The notes beneath the pieces were generated by a model. It saw only the letters and a program-made list of their open reading frames with translations. It searched no databases and had not been told where the DNA came from. 64,000 bases of DNA from Bacteroidota bacterium (GTDB lineage Bacteria; Bacteroidota; Bacteroidia; Bacteroidales; JAGONC01): NCBI GenBank assembly GCA_022711405.1, contig JAKLFC010000009.1, forward strand, positions 3,771 through 67,770, given 5' to 3'. The translations under genes were made by a program, and so were the position numbers. Below, piece after piece: positions 7,871 to 16,647 of this stretch. The number at the start of each line of letters is the position of its first letter. Positions within the stretch are counted from its first letter, which is position 1.

Positions 7871-9007
7871 TCATATCACCGGTGGCCTGAAAAACATCGA
7901 ATGCACATAATCACTGGTGAACAGCGGGTATTTTTCAACCTGTTTCTGCCAGATCTTTTGCATATCGCGTTCCGGGTAGTGTCCCATACAGGATGATGCC
8001 ATTTTCAGGAAGTCGGTCCCTTCTTCGCTCCGGCCTTCTATTTTGGCTAGAATGGCACGTGAGAGATATTCCAGTGTCTGGAAAGTATTGGTTACCACAT
8101 GTGAGTTCATCCTGTTGTAGTACGTTTTGAGGATGTATTCAACGATGTGCTGCGTGGTAATTACATTGACTGCCTTATTGAAAAGCTTTTTGTCGATTTT
8201 CTGGAATCCGGCCGGCAGGTAAAAGTTTTCAATCTCCCGTTTGTAATTGACCTCCCAGTGCATAAGATTGTATTCTTCACTGAATCGGTTGGTATTGCTT
8301 TCAATCTTTGCGTAGCTGGGAATATCGAACAGGCATCTCATTCTTTCAAAGGAGAAGTTATCGAGTATCTCTATCTTTAATTTGCGACGATTTTCATAAT
8401 AATATGACCCGGAAACCATGTATACATTGCTTTTCCTGGTATACCAGAACAGGTCCAGGGCCCCCAGAGCATAGCTTAATGTTTCAGCCACATGGTGACA
8501 GATATAATTAGCCTGGATCAGCTTATAAATGATTACATGGCGGTAACTGGTATGTAGCTGGTTTAACAGGAAGAGTTCCCTGGAATGACTTAAAATCTTC
8601 TCCCGGTCGCACAAAGGGCCCTTGCTTCCTGAGTAATGTTTGCCCAGGTAAAAATCTTCAAAAGTGATATTTGTATCTTTAAGCGTATGTCCTGAATAAT
8701 AATGCGTGCTGTGTGTTTTGATGGTGACCATCAATGGAGTGCATAGTTTCAGGATTTTATCCCCGAAGGCTCCTACTCCGAAGGAGTTTATCTGAAAGGC
8801 CAGGATCTGGAAAGTATGCCGGTCGAGTTCTTTCACAAAAGCAAAACCGTCGCGGCAATAGATCATTCCCGGTAAATCCAGGGAATCGTTGGCCAGGATG
8901 GTGCCGGTAAAACGATCGAAATCTTCTTCAGTGATGGGCTTTTTTCCTGTGGTAGGTACCTGACTGCGGACAAACCGCTGAAAGTTTACATATTTTTTGG
9001 TGATCAT
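7871..9007 (-). CDS. Hypothetical protein, no recognisable motif
   Basis: 378-aa uninterrupted ORF, 27 nt downstream of the PAS-LuxR gene on the same strand. It has no signal peptide and no TM segment. I recognise no catalytic signature. Confidence 0.55.
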   Translation of the reverse strand: MITKKYVNFQRFVRSQVPTTGKKPITEEDFDRFTGTILANDSLDLPGMIYCRDGFAFVKELDRHTFQILAFQINSFGVGAFGDKILKLCTPLMVTIKTHSTHYYSGHTLKDTNITFEDFYLGKHYSGSKGPLCDREKILSHSRELFLLNQLHTSYRHVIIYKLIQANYICHHVAETLSYALGALDLFWYTRKSNVYMVSGSYYYENRRKLKIEILDNFSFERMRCLFDIPSYAKIESNTNRFSEEYNLMHWEVNYKREIENFYLPAGFQKIDKKLFNKAVNVITTQHIVEYILKTYYNRMNSHVVTNTFQTLEYLSRAILAKIEGRSEEGTDFLKMASSCMGHYPERDMQKIWQKQVEKYPLFTSDYVHSMFFRPPVI

Positions 9008-9034
9008 GAGTCAAACATTTGATGAAAATACAAC

Positions 9035-9790
9035 TTACATCAATCCCTTTTCCTTGAGGTCAAAAATCACTTCCGAGATATTGTCCTTACCCGCCTTAAG
9101 AAGTATATTCCTGCGATGAGTGTTCACCGTATTCAGGCTGAGGAATAACATTTCAGCGACCTTTTCACTGCTGAGACCCTTTTCAAGCATCTTGATGATC
9201 TCAAACTCCCTTTTGGAGAAAACATTTCTTAGCATCAACAATTCGCGGTCAGGATATCTGAAATTTAACAGATCATCACCTAAATAGTAATGATATACCT
9301 GCCTGACCTCTTTCAACCAGTTGATATTGCTGTGGACTTTAATGGTAAATACGGATTTATAGGGGACATGACTGAAATAGATATAGAACTGAACTAACAT
9401 ATTGTTGTATTGACCTGCGGCATTTTTGATCCGGAAAGTAGTGGATACAATCTTAAATCCTTTTTCTGCTTTATAAAGTTCATGCGCTAGCTTTAATATA
9501 GTGGTCCTTCCAAGGAAATGTCTGTTTAGTTCATCAGGATGTGTCGACTGGAAGAAATTAAATCCGGAAAGCAGGGCAGGTTCGACTCCCAGCATGTCCT
9601 TGCATCGTTTACTGGTGTAAATGATTTGAAAGAGCATAAGATCGCCAAAATAAAAGAACTGATCATTCTTTTCCATGATCTCCTCCAACTCCATCATCAG
9701 GGGATCATTCGGATCGATCCCGGTAAATCCCTTTGGTCCATAAGTTTCAATACATTTCAGGAACAAATCGTAATATGATGGATGACTCAT
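9035..9790 (-). CDS. PAS-like sensor fused to LuxR-type HTH regulator
   Basis: 251 aa. The C-terminal region FSKREFEIIKMLEKGLSSEKVAEMLFLSLNTVNTHRRNILLKAG is a GerE/LuxR HTH. The N-terminal region has a PAS-like pattern (IIYTSKRCKDMLGVEP...THPDE). Confidence 0.8.
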   Translation of the reverse strand: MSHPSYYDLFLKCIETYGPKGFTGIDPNDPLMMELEEIMEKNDQFFYFGDLMLFQIIYTSKRCKDMLGVEPALLSGFNFFQSTHPDELNRHFLGRTTILKLAHELYKAEKGFKIVSTTFRIKNAAGQYNNMLVQFYIYFSHVPYKSVFTIKVHSNINWLKEVRQVYHYYLGDDLLNFRYPDRELLMLRNVFSKREFEIIKMLEKGLSSEKVAEMLFLSLNTVNTHRRNILLKAGKDNISEVIFDLKEKGLM

Positions 9791-10006
9791 TGAAGATGCA
9801 GTTTGACAATCTTTACGGAGTAAAATTATAATAATTCGGCCGAAAGTCTACTTAGTATTAAGTATTTTTTTAATCCTATCATAGAATGGTAATAAGAAAA
9901 AAATTACCTAGAAAAGAGTATTTTAAAGAACTCATCAAAATTATAATTTTGCTCTGCCTTTAGATAAAAACCGGATTTTATTATTAACTCATTAATCTCT
10001 GAGGTT

Positions 10007-10603
10007 ATGAAAAAAAATGTTTTTTACTTTATCGGAATCCTTTTCCTCATGATTTCATGCTACCCTGAGGGGATTGAATATTATGAAGAAACGGATATCG
10101 TTTTCACGGATTACACGGAATCTTTCGATTTTGCAAGCAGAGGCACTTACTCCATGCCGGATAAGATCGTGAAGATCACCGGTAACCTGGTGGAAGGGGA
10201 AGATCCCGAATTCGTGCCGGAACCATACAACACGCAGATTCTGAACAAAATCGAAAGCAACATGACAGCCCAGGGCTGGACAAAAATTGCTGATCCTGAA
10301 AGTGCAGACCTGGCATTACTTCCTGCCGTCTGGAGCAATACGACGATTGTGTACTATTATGATTACTGGTGCTGGTACTACTATTACTATTGCGGCTGGG
10401 GATGGTATTATCCGTATGCTACTTCATATACTACGGGTACCATGGTAATGACCCTGGTGGCACATGGGGAGGAATATATAGAGCCCTCCACTGTTTGGAC
10501 CGCTGCCATTAATGGACTGATGTCCGGAGCCTACGACACATCACGCATTACGAAGGCCATTGATCAGGCATTCAAACAGTCACCCTATCTGAATACAAAA
10601 TAA
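10007..10603 (+). CDS. DUF4136-like lipoprotein with extreme Tyr/Trp tract
   Basis: 198 aa. The lipobox is LMISC. An internal tract reads YYYDYWCWYYYYYCGWGWYYPY. Confidence 0.6.
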   Translation: MKKNVFYFIGILFLMISCYPEGIEYYEETDIVFTDYTESFDFASRGTYSMPDKIVKITGNLVEGEDPEFVPEPYNTQILNKIESNMTAQGWTKIADPESADLALLPAVWSNTTIVYYYDYWCWYYYYYCGWGWYYPYATSYTTGTMVMTLVAHGEEYIEPSTVWTAAINGLMSGAYDTSRITKAIDQAFKQSPYLNTK

Positions 10604-10628
10604 GTCCAACCCTCAAAACAACTGAAAA

Positions 10629-11222
10629 ATGAAAAGAATAACCGTCTTTGTTATATGCTGCTTCCTGGTGAGTTTTACCAGTGCCTATGGTCAGCAGGGG
10701 AGCCATTTGGCTGTTCAATACGATATGAGTTTTGGTATGGGGGATTTAGGAGATTTCATCTCCGCTCCCAGCTTCCGGGGTGCTTCGTTACAATACAGGT
10801 ATGCCGTAACGGATAATATCCTGGTAGGCGTCGATGCCGCCTGGAATACTTTCTATGAAAAAATGGATTATGACTCTTATACCGTGGACACAAAGACACT
10901 TTCGGGGATCCAATACCGGTATCAGAATGAAGTCCCGATCCTGGTCTCGGTAGATTATCTGTTCCTGACAGACAATAAATTCCAGCCTTATCTGGGATTA
11001 GGTATCGGGACAATTTACTCTGAGCGGATCGTTGACATGGGTATCTGGAGATTTGAGGAGGATCCGTGGCAATTTGCTTTAAAACCCGAATTCGGTCTGA
11101 TGTATAATTTTTCGAATAGCACTGCTTTCAAGCTGGGTCTTAAATATTACACCGGTATGGGCGGGGACCTGGATACCCAGGGGTATCTTACCATCAGCGC
11201 AGGTTTCGCATTCAGCTTATAA
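10629..11222 (+). CDS. Small outer-membrane beta-barrel protein (OmpW/porin-family-like)
   Basis: 197 aa with a signal peptide, an alternating hydrophobic beta-strand pattern and a C-terminal aromatic residue (GFAFSL). Confidence 0.65.
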   Translation: MKRITVFVICCFLVSFTSAYGQQGSHLAVQYDMSFGMGDLGDFISAPSFRGASLQYRYAVTDNILVGVDAAWNTFYEKMDYDSYTVDTKTLSGIQYRYQNEVPILVSVDYLFLTDNKFQPYLGLGIGTIYSERIVDMGIWRFEEDPWQFALKPEFGLMYNFSNSTAFKLGLKYYTGMGGDLDTQGYLTISAGFAFSL

Positions 11223-11243
11223 TCTTTCAAAAAAACAGAACCC

Positions 11244-13058
11244 ATGAAATATCTTCTTTCCTTTTTTTTAACGGGAGCGATGCTTTTCCGAGGTGAAACC
11301 AAGGCACAAGTCCGTGAGGAAGCAAAAGCGCAAACGCCAGAGAAGCGTCCCAACATCGTCCTTATCCTTGCGGATGATATGGGCTTTTCCGACATGGGGA
11401 TGTTCGGCAGCGAGATCAGGACACCGAACCTGGATTCACTGGCTCAGAGCGGTGTGCGTTTCACCAACTTCTACACATGCGCCAGCAGTTCCCCGACAAG
11501 ATCTATGCTATTAACGGGGCAGGATACGCACATCAATGGTTTGGGCGCCATGGATGAGTGGACTGCCCCCGCCCAGATGGGCAAAGAGGGGTACGAAGGG
11601 AATCTCAGAACCAGCCTGGTAACCCTGCCTCAATTGTTGAAAGATGCAGGATACCACACCTATATGGTTGGCAAGTGGCACCTGGGTAAAGCACCTGACA
11701 AGATTCCGGCCGCCCGTGGCTTTGAAAGGGATTTTACCCTGCTTGATGGCATGGGAAGCTATTGGGACATGACCAATATGACGGCACTCAACCATACGTC
11801 AGTTTTTACAGAAGATGGAAAATACCTGACCAAACTTCCTAAAAACTATTATGCCACGAAAACCTATACGGATAAACTGATCAGTTTTATTGATAAAAAT
11901 CATGGCGATGGTAAACCCTTCTTCGCCTATGTGTGTCATCAGGCGCCCCACGATCCTTACCACCTGCCCAAAGATTGGAGAAACCGCCATGTGGGTGAGT
12001 ACGACAAAGGTTGGGACATCGTTAGACAAGAACGACTGAAGAAGCAAAAAGAATTCGGCATAATTCCGGAAAATACCCAGCTCGCAGAGCGGATGTGGTT
12101 CGTTCCTGATTACTCCATTCTGGCGCCTGCCACAAGGGCCGTGCTTGGGAGGAAAATGGAGCTTTATGCCGGTTTAATTGAAAACATGGACTATCATATC
12201 GGAAGATTAATTGACCATCTGAAAGAAATAGGAGAGTATGAAAACACCATCTTCATTGTATTTGGCGACAACGGAGCGGAAGGCAACGACCTGGGCGCTA
12301 TGATTGGTGGCACACCCGGCACACTCAATTACCTGTATTTTGCCACCAAATGGTCAAACACCGATCTCAATGCATGGGGAGAACCACACTCTTACGTGGG
12401 CTATGGTCCGGGCTGGGCACAGGTTTCTATGACACCTTTTAGCCAATACAAAGGCTGGATGGCCGAAGGCGGAATACACAATGCACTGGTAGTAAGTGGT
12501 CCGATCAACAAACTGCCGAAAGGCAGCATCAACCATGGCACCATGTTCGTGACCGACATAATGCCGACCTTGCTCGAAGTAGCAGGTGCAAACTATCCCG
12601 AAACCTTTAACGGCAAGGCGCAACCCAAATTAACGGGTAAATCCTGGCTTCCAGTACTGAATGGGCAAGCTGCTTCTCCACGAACGGATGAGGATTACAT
12701 AGCCATGGAAGTATTCGGTAACCGCGCTTTAAGGCAAGGCGACTGGAAAATACGCTGGGAGATAAAACCGATTGGTAAGTCGGATTGGGAATTGTTTAAC
12801 CTCGCTCAAGATCCTGGCGAACGAAATGACTTAGCAGCCCAATACCCTGATAAGCTTAAAGAAATGCTGATACTTTGGGATAAGTATGTACAGGAAAACA
12901 ATGTGATACTGCCCGATCGCACTTTGTTTGAAACACTGGAAGATCAATTACCTGCAAGGGTCCCTGTGCAGGATGGCTATCCTCCGCTTAATTATATCAG
13001 ACAATTTATTCCGCCTGCAGACATGATGGCCAAACCTAAAAAAATAAAGAATAACTAA
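11244..13058 (+). CDS. Ser-type arylsulfatase
   Basis: 604 aa with a signal peptide. Motifs are LILADDMGFSD, GKWHLG and FGDNG. The formylglycine position carries Ser: C79-A-S-S82-S-P84-T-R86-SMLLTGQ aligns with the classical C/S-x-P-x-R-SMLLTG motif with S82 (codon 11487..11489) at the modified position. Confidence 0.85.
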   Translation: MKYLLSFFLTGAMLFRGETKAQVREEAKAQTPEKRPNIVLILADDMGFSDMGMFGSEIRTPNLDSLAQSGVRFTNFYTCASSSPTRSMLLTGQDTHINGLGAMDEWTAPAQMGKEGYEGNLRTSLVTLPQLLKDAGYHTYMVGKWHLGKAPDKIPAARGFERDFTLLDGMGSYWDMTNMTALNHTSVFTEDGKYLTKLPKNYYATKTYTDKLISFIDKNHGDGKPFFAYVCHQAPHDPYHLPKDWRNRHVGEYDKGWDIVRQERLKKQKEFGIIPENTQLAERMWFVPDYSILAPATRAVLGRKMELYAGLIENMDYHIGRLIDHLKEIGEYENTIFIVFGDNGAEGNDLGAMIGGTPGTLNYLYFATKWSNTDLNAWGEPHSYVGYGPGWAQVSMTPFSQYKGWMAEGGIHNALVVSGPINKLPKGSINHGTMFVTDIMPTLLEVAGANYPETFNGKAQPKLTGKSWLPVLNGQAASPRTDEDYIAMEVFGNRALRQGDWKIRWEIKPIGKSDWELFNLAQDPGERNDLAAQYPDKLKEMLILWDKYVQENNVILPDRTLFETLEDQLPARVPVQDGYPPLNYIRQFIPPADMMAKPKKIKNN

Positions 13059-13072
13059 AGAAAAAAATAATC

Positions 13073-14071
13073 ATGAACAACTTTATAAAGTTTATCAGCA
13101 TGCGTGCAGGTAATTTTTCTTTAGCACTATTTATAGTCATGCTTTGTGCATCCATTTCCACCATGGCTCAGGGAGATGGCGCCCGTTTTTATTGGAAAGG
13201 TTTCATGGGAACAAACGCCGTTCCTGTGATTGTAAATTCAATGGGCGGTAATGCAAACCCTATGGATCCTTCGAATACCGTAATCCCGGGTTCTGAATTT
13301 TCTGCAGCCATGAGTATGGCCGGCTATGCCAGGATGCTGCCGATAGGCAAGCGTTCGGCCTTGATTTCGGTACTCGTGCCCATGGGCAGAATATCCGGAG
13401 TGGCCTCTCTGGATGGGATAGACTTTAGTGCCACTTCAAGAGGGTTTGGAGATCCCATGGTGCAATTCAGCATAAACGTTATCGGGCCTAAGGCAATAAT
13501 GAATATTCCCGACATACTAAGGTATAAGCCCGGATTCTCTCTCGATATCCTCGGCAGCCTGGCTGTTCCGATAGGGCAATACGACAATACCATTCCGATA
13601 AATATCGGTCAAAACAGGTGGTACGGGCGTATCGGAATACCCATTGTTTGGCAAATCGGTCAGTGGATACCCGGTAAGCGCACTACTTTTGAGTTTCTTC
13701 CTGCCGTTTGGTTCTTCACCGATAACAAGGATTTTGTGGGCAAAACCATGTCAACAAAGCCGAAGTACCAACTCGAAGCCCACCTTACCCGCGATTTTAT
13801 GGAGCGGATGTGGGGGTCATTTGATGTTATTTCTTATTTAGGAGGCAAATCTACTGTTGATGGTGTGGAGGGCGATGCATTGAGCAATCTTGGATTGGGT
13901 GGTACGCTCGGTTATCAGATAAACGAAAACATGCAGCTTACACTTTCTTATAACACTACTGTTAACGACAATGATGCCGAAGATTTGAAAATGGATGGAT
14001 TCCGTATTACTTTCCTTTACGGGTGGCACAAGCTAATCGAAGGGATGCATCGGCTAAAGGGAAATGAATAA
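13073..14071 (+). CDS. Outer-membrane transporter-like beta-barrel (MetA-pathway/phenol-degradation-like family)
   Basis: 332 aa with a signal peptide and a beta-barrel pattern. It lies 14 nt downstream of the sulfatase. Its C-terminus, DLKMDGFRITFLYGWHKLIEGMHRLKGNE, has a paralogous fragment at 15438..15551. Confidence 0.6.
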   Translation: MNNFIKFISMRAGNFSLALFIVMLCASISTMAQGDGARFYWKGFMGTNAVPVIVNSMGGNANPMDPSNTVIPGSEFSAAMSMAGYARMLPIGKRSALISVLVPMGRISGVASLDGIDFSATSRGFGDPMVQFSINVIGPKAIMNIPDILRYKPGFSLDILGSLAVPIGQYDNTIPINIGQNRWYGRIGIPIVWQIGQWIPGKRTTFEFLPAVWFFTDNKDFVGKTMSTKPKYQLEAHLTRDFMERMWGSFDVISYLGGKSTVDGVEGDALSNLGLGGTLGYQINENMQLTLSYNTTVNDNDAEDLKMDGFRITFLYGWHKLIEGMHRLKGNE

Positions 14072-14110
14072 TTGTTTAGTATGGAAGTTTAGTTCCTTTT
14101 CGAATTATAT

Positions 14111-14854
14111 ATGGTTATGGCCTCAGTAGAATGTAAAAACTGCAATCTGCTCTACGATGGCAAATATTGTCCGGGTTGCGGGCAAAGTGCTGACCAAACC
14201 AGATTCACGATGAAGAAACTTGGAGACGAATTTATTCATGGTTTCTTTCATATTCATAAAGGCTTTATTTTCACGATAAAGCAACTATTACTTCATCCGG
14301 GAAAAATGTTGCAAGGATACCTTAAAGGTCAGCGGGTCAATTATTTTAATCCCTTCAATTTCCTTATAATGATCAGCCTTGCTGGAGGGTTTTTCTATAC
14401 TCGATCAGGTATTGTTGAGTTCATAAATGCAAATTTTCAGGCAGCCGGTGATATCATAAGTTTTACAAGCGGGCATTTTAGCTACAGGTTCCTGATGGTA
14501 ATCCCAACTTACGCAGTCAGTTGTTTGATCCTGTTCAGGCCGTTCAGGTATAACCTTGCTGAGCACCTTATCATAAACACCTTTGTGATTAGTCAAAGTA
14601 TAGTATTAATGATGATATGGAGTATTGTAGCCCTTATTCTCAAACCAGGCGAATCAACTTTCACAATCCTCTATTTTCTGGCTTTCATTACCGTTATAAT
14701 TTACCAGACCTATGTTTTTTTTCAATTATTTGACTCCGGCAATAAAATACTCCGGGGGATCAAATCCATTACCGCTGTTCTTTTTGGATTAATGTTAAGT
14801 ATACTATTAAGTGTCTTATTGGTTAAGCTGTTAAATTATTTAGGTCTTCGTTAA
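14111..14854 (+). CDS. DUF3667-like membrane protein with N-terminal zinc ribbon
   Basis: 247 aa. CKNCNLLYDGKYCPGCGQ is followed by about 5 TM helices. Confidence 0.65.
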   Translation: MVMASVECKNCNLLYDGKYCPGCGQSADQTRFTMKKLGDEFIHGFFHIHKGFIFTIKQLLLHPGKMLQGYLKGQRVNYFNPFNFLIMISLAGGFFYTRSGIVEFINANFQAAGDIISFTSGHFSYRFLMVIPTYAVSCLILFRPFRYNLAEHLIINTFVISQSIVLMMIWSIVALILKPGESTFTILYFLAFITVIIYQTYVFFQLFDSGNKILRGIKSITAVLFGLMLSILLSVLLVKLLNYLGLR

Positions 14855-14999
14855 TTCCCCGGTTCCTGTAATTTATTTCCGGTAAGAAAAACATTCAATA
14901 ACTTCAGATCATGCTTTTCTGTAATGCCACTCTTTCTCTGAAATCTGCATTGCTCTTCTTATAAGTGTGGTTTTATATCCGAACATGTTGAAGGAGGCT

Positions 15000-15416
15000 T
15001 CATTTGTGTTTCGGCTGCGAAGCCGCCCACTTTCTAACATTCGAAACGGCACGGTTATTTACAAGTTCGTTGGTATTCCCAGGCTTGTATTCGGGGAACA
15101 CGTAATGATCGCAGGAGTAAAGATCGCCATTGTACTCCACCACACCGGCATGGCCGCAGATTTCTGCTGCCGTGCACAGGGCAGGAGGGACGCGCATCCA
15201 GTTGGCCAATACACAGTCGAAGGTAACAACAAAATAATCTCCTACATCCTTCCTCACCCATTCGTCGAAGATGCGGATCAGGAAGTCACCATAATCCAGC
15301 GGATCGACAGACCAATCGGTAACTTTTACCTTTTTATCTGAATCTGAAAGTAATATCGAAAGCTCTGCGCTACCTGCTTCGGGATTAACCTGCTCCACGA
15401 TCGAGATGAGCTGCAT
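15000..15416 (-). pseudogene. Remnant of a second anaerobic sulfatase-maturating enzyme (anSME)
   Basis: The 138-aa ORF aligns to residues ~196-315 of the intact anSME at 50705..51934. One conserved stretch is DYGDFLIRIFDEWVRKDVGDYFVVTFDCVLANWM...CGHAGVVEYNGD.YSCDHYVFPEYK. It lacks the N-terminal CX3CX2C half and about 90 aa including the C-terminal SPASM cysteines, then resumes at N.RA.SNV.KWAA. Confidence 0.8.
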
Positions 15417-15437
15417 ACAATGGCTGCCTGTGCATCG

Positions 15438-15551
15438 ACCATCAATGCAAATGATTATCAGGATTTGAAATTAGATGAATTTCGCATTACACTGATTTAC
15501 GGATGGCATAAGTTGATTGAAGGAATGCACCGTATTAAAAGCAACGAATAG
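15438..15551 (+). pseudogene. 3'-terminal fragment of a paralog of the 13073..14071 transporter gene
   Basis: It translates to TINANDYQDLKLDEFRITLIYGWHKLIEGMHRIKSNE*. The intact gene ends VNDNDAEDLKMDGFRITFLYGWHKLIEGMHRLKGNE*. No upstream coding region remains. Confidence 0.75.
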
Positions 15552-15569
15552 GGTAACTAGTTGGCTGGT

Positions 15570-16619
15570 TCAAAAAGTATATCCTATTGTGGTCGTTACT
15601 CCCCAGTCACTTTTTTCAGATCCTTCTGGCGGCTGGTTATCGAAGGAGCTATAAAAAGTCAGGCCGATCGTAAAATCCTTGATGATCTCCTGACTGATAT
15701 TCATACTTGTATTCACACGAAGTCTTCCCCAGTCTGTGATCCCCGGGAACGCATTGGCTTTGACCGAAATGTTGGATTTGGGCGAGTCGTATTTGAAAAG
15801 TGAATAATTCAGTGTGATGATTCCTTCAAGATCGCGTGATGATTCGGCTTCTTCTGAAAGCCATTCGCTGATGCCCTGGAATCCGATCAAAGCCAGGAAC
15901 ACGTTCCGGTTGTTCTGGATCATGTTCCGTCCGCCTCCCACACCAAGGTTGATACGCAGATCCAGCCCCAGCTCGGAATTTTGTTCAAAACCTGTTTGGA
16001 AGCCAAAGAACCACCTGCCGGGCAAAAGCCGCTGCCATTGGTAATACAGTTCCTGTCTGCGGGTCGTGCTCGCTTCCTCCTGGGTACTGAAATTTCCGTC
16101 ATAGGAGATGGATGTACCCATTTTCCTGGTTCTGTACTGGATAGCGGTGTTGAAATTCAATTGGGCCAGTGTTGTGGCTTTCGTATAACTGAAACCGACT
16201 CCCACCGATCCGTCGAGGCGTTTGAAAAATTTATTTTTAATCGGGATGATGGAAACCACCGATGACTTGGCGATTTCAAAACGGAAGTTTTCGCTGGCGA
16301 CAATCAACGTGTCATTCAGTAATGACAGCAGGATGGAACCAAAATAGAGGTTCCCCTCTGCTGTTTCCACTTCAAAGGTTTCTTTGGCAATGAGTGATGA
16401 AATCTTATCCCATTTAATGTTCAGGGTTCCCGCGTCATCCGTTTTGTAGGTGACAAGACCATACTCCAGATTTTTCACTTCTCCGGTGATCTGGTCTCCG
16501 TTATTCAGGATAATCACATCCGTTTTCTGGGCAAGAATTGCAACAGGATAATGAAGTCCAGCCAGGAATATGATCCGAACGAATGTTGATTTACCATGAA
16601 GAAATGCATTCAATTTCAC
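15570..16619 (-). CDS. Outer-membrane beta-barrel protein (DUF481-like)
   Basis: 349 aa with a signal peptide. An N-terminal NGDQITGEV-type domain is followed by a beta-barrel pattern ending in an aromatic residue (TIGYTF). Confidence 0.55.
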   Translation of the reverse strand: MKLNAFLHGKSTFVRIIFLAGLHYPVAILAQKTDVIILNNGDQITGEVKNLEYGLVTYKTDDAGTLNIKWDKISSLIAKETFEVETAEGNLYFGSILLSLLNDTLIVASENFRFEIAKSSVVSIIPIKNKFFKRLDGSVGVGFSYTKATTLAQLNFNTAIQYRTRKMGTSISYDGNFSTQEEASTTRRQELYYQWQRLLPGRWFFGFQTGFEQNSELGLDLRINLGVGGGRNMIQNNRNVFLALIGFQGISEWLSEEAESSRDLEGIITLNYSLFKYDSPKSNISVKANAFPGITDWGRLRVNTSMNISQEIIKDFTIGLTFYSSFDNQPPEGSEKSDWGVTTTIGYTF

Positions 16620-16647
16620 GATGTTGTTTTTTTCAGGTCTCGTCGGC

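Noticed and set aside
14967-15341. 124-aa plus-strand ORF across the anSME remnant.
   Set aside because: It is antisense to a segment with unambiguous anSME homology on the minus strand, and it has no motifs of its own.
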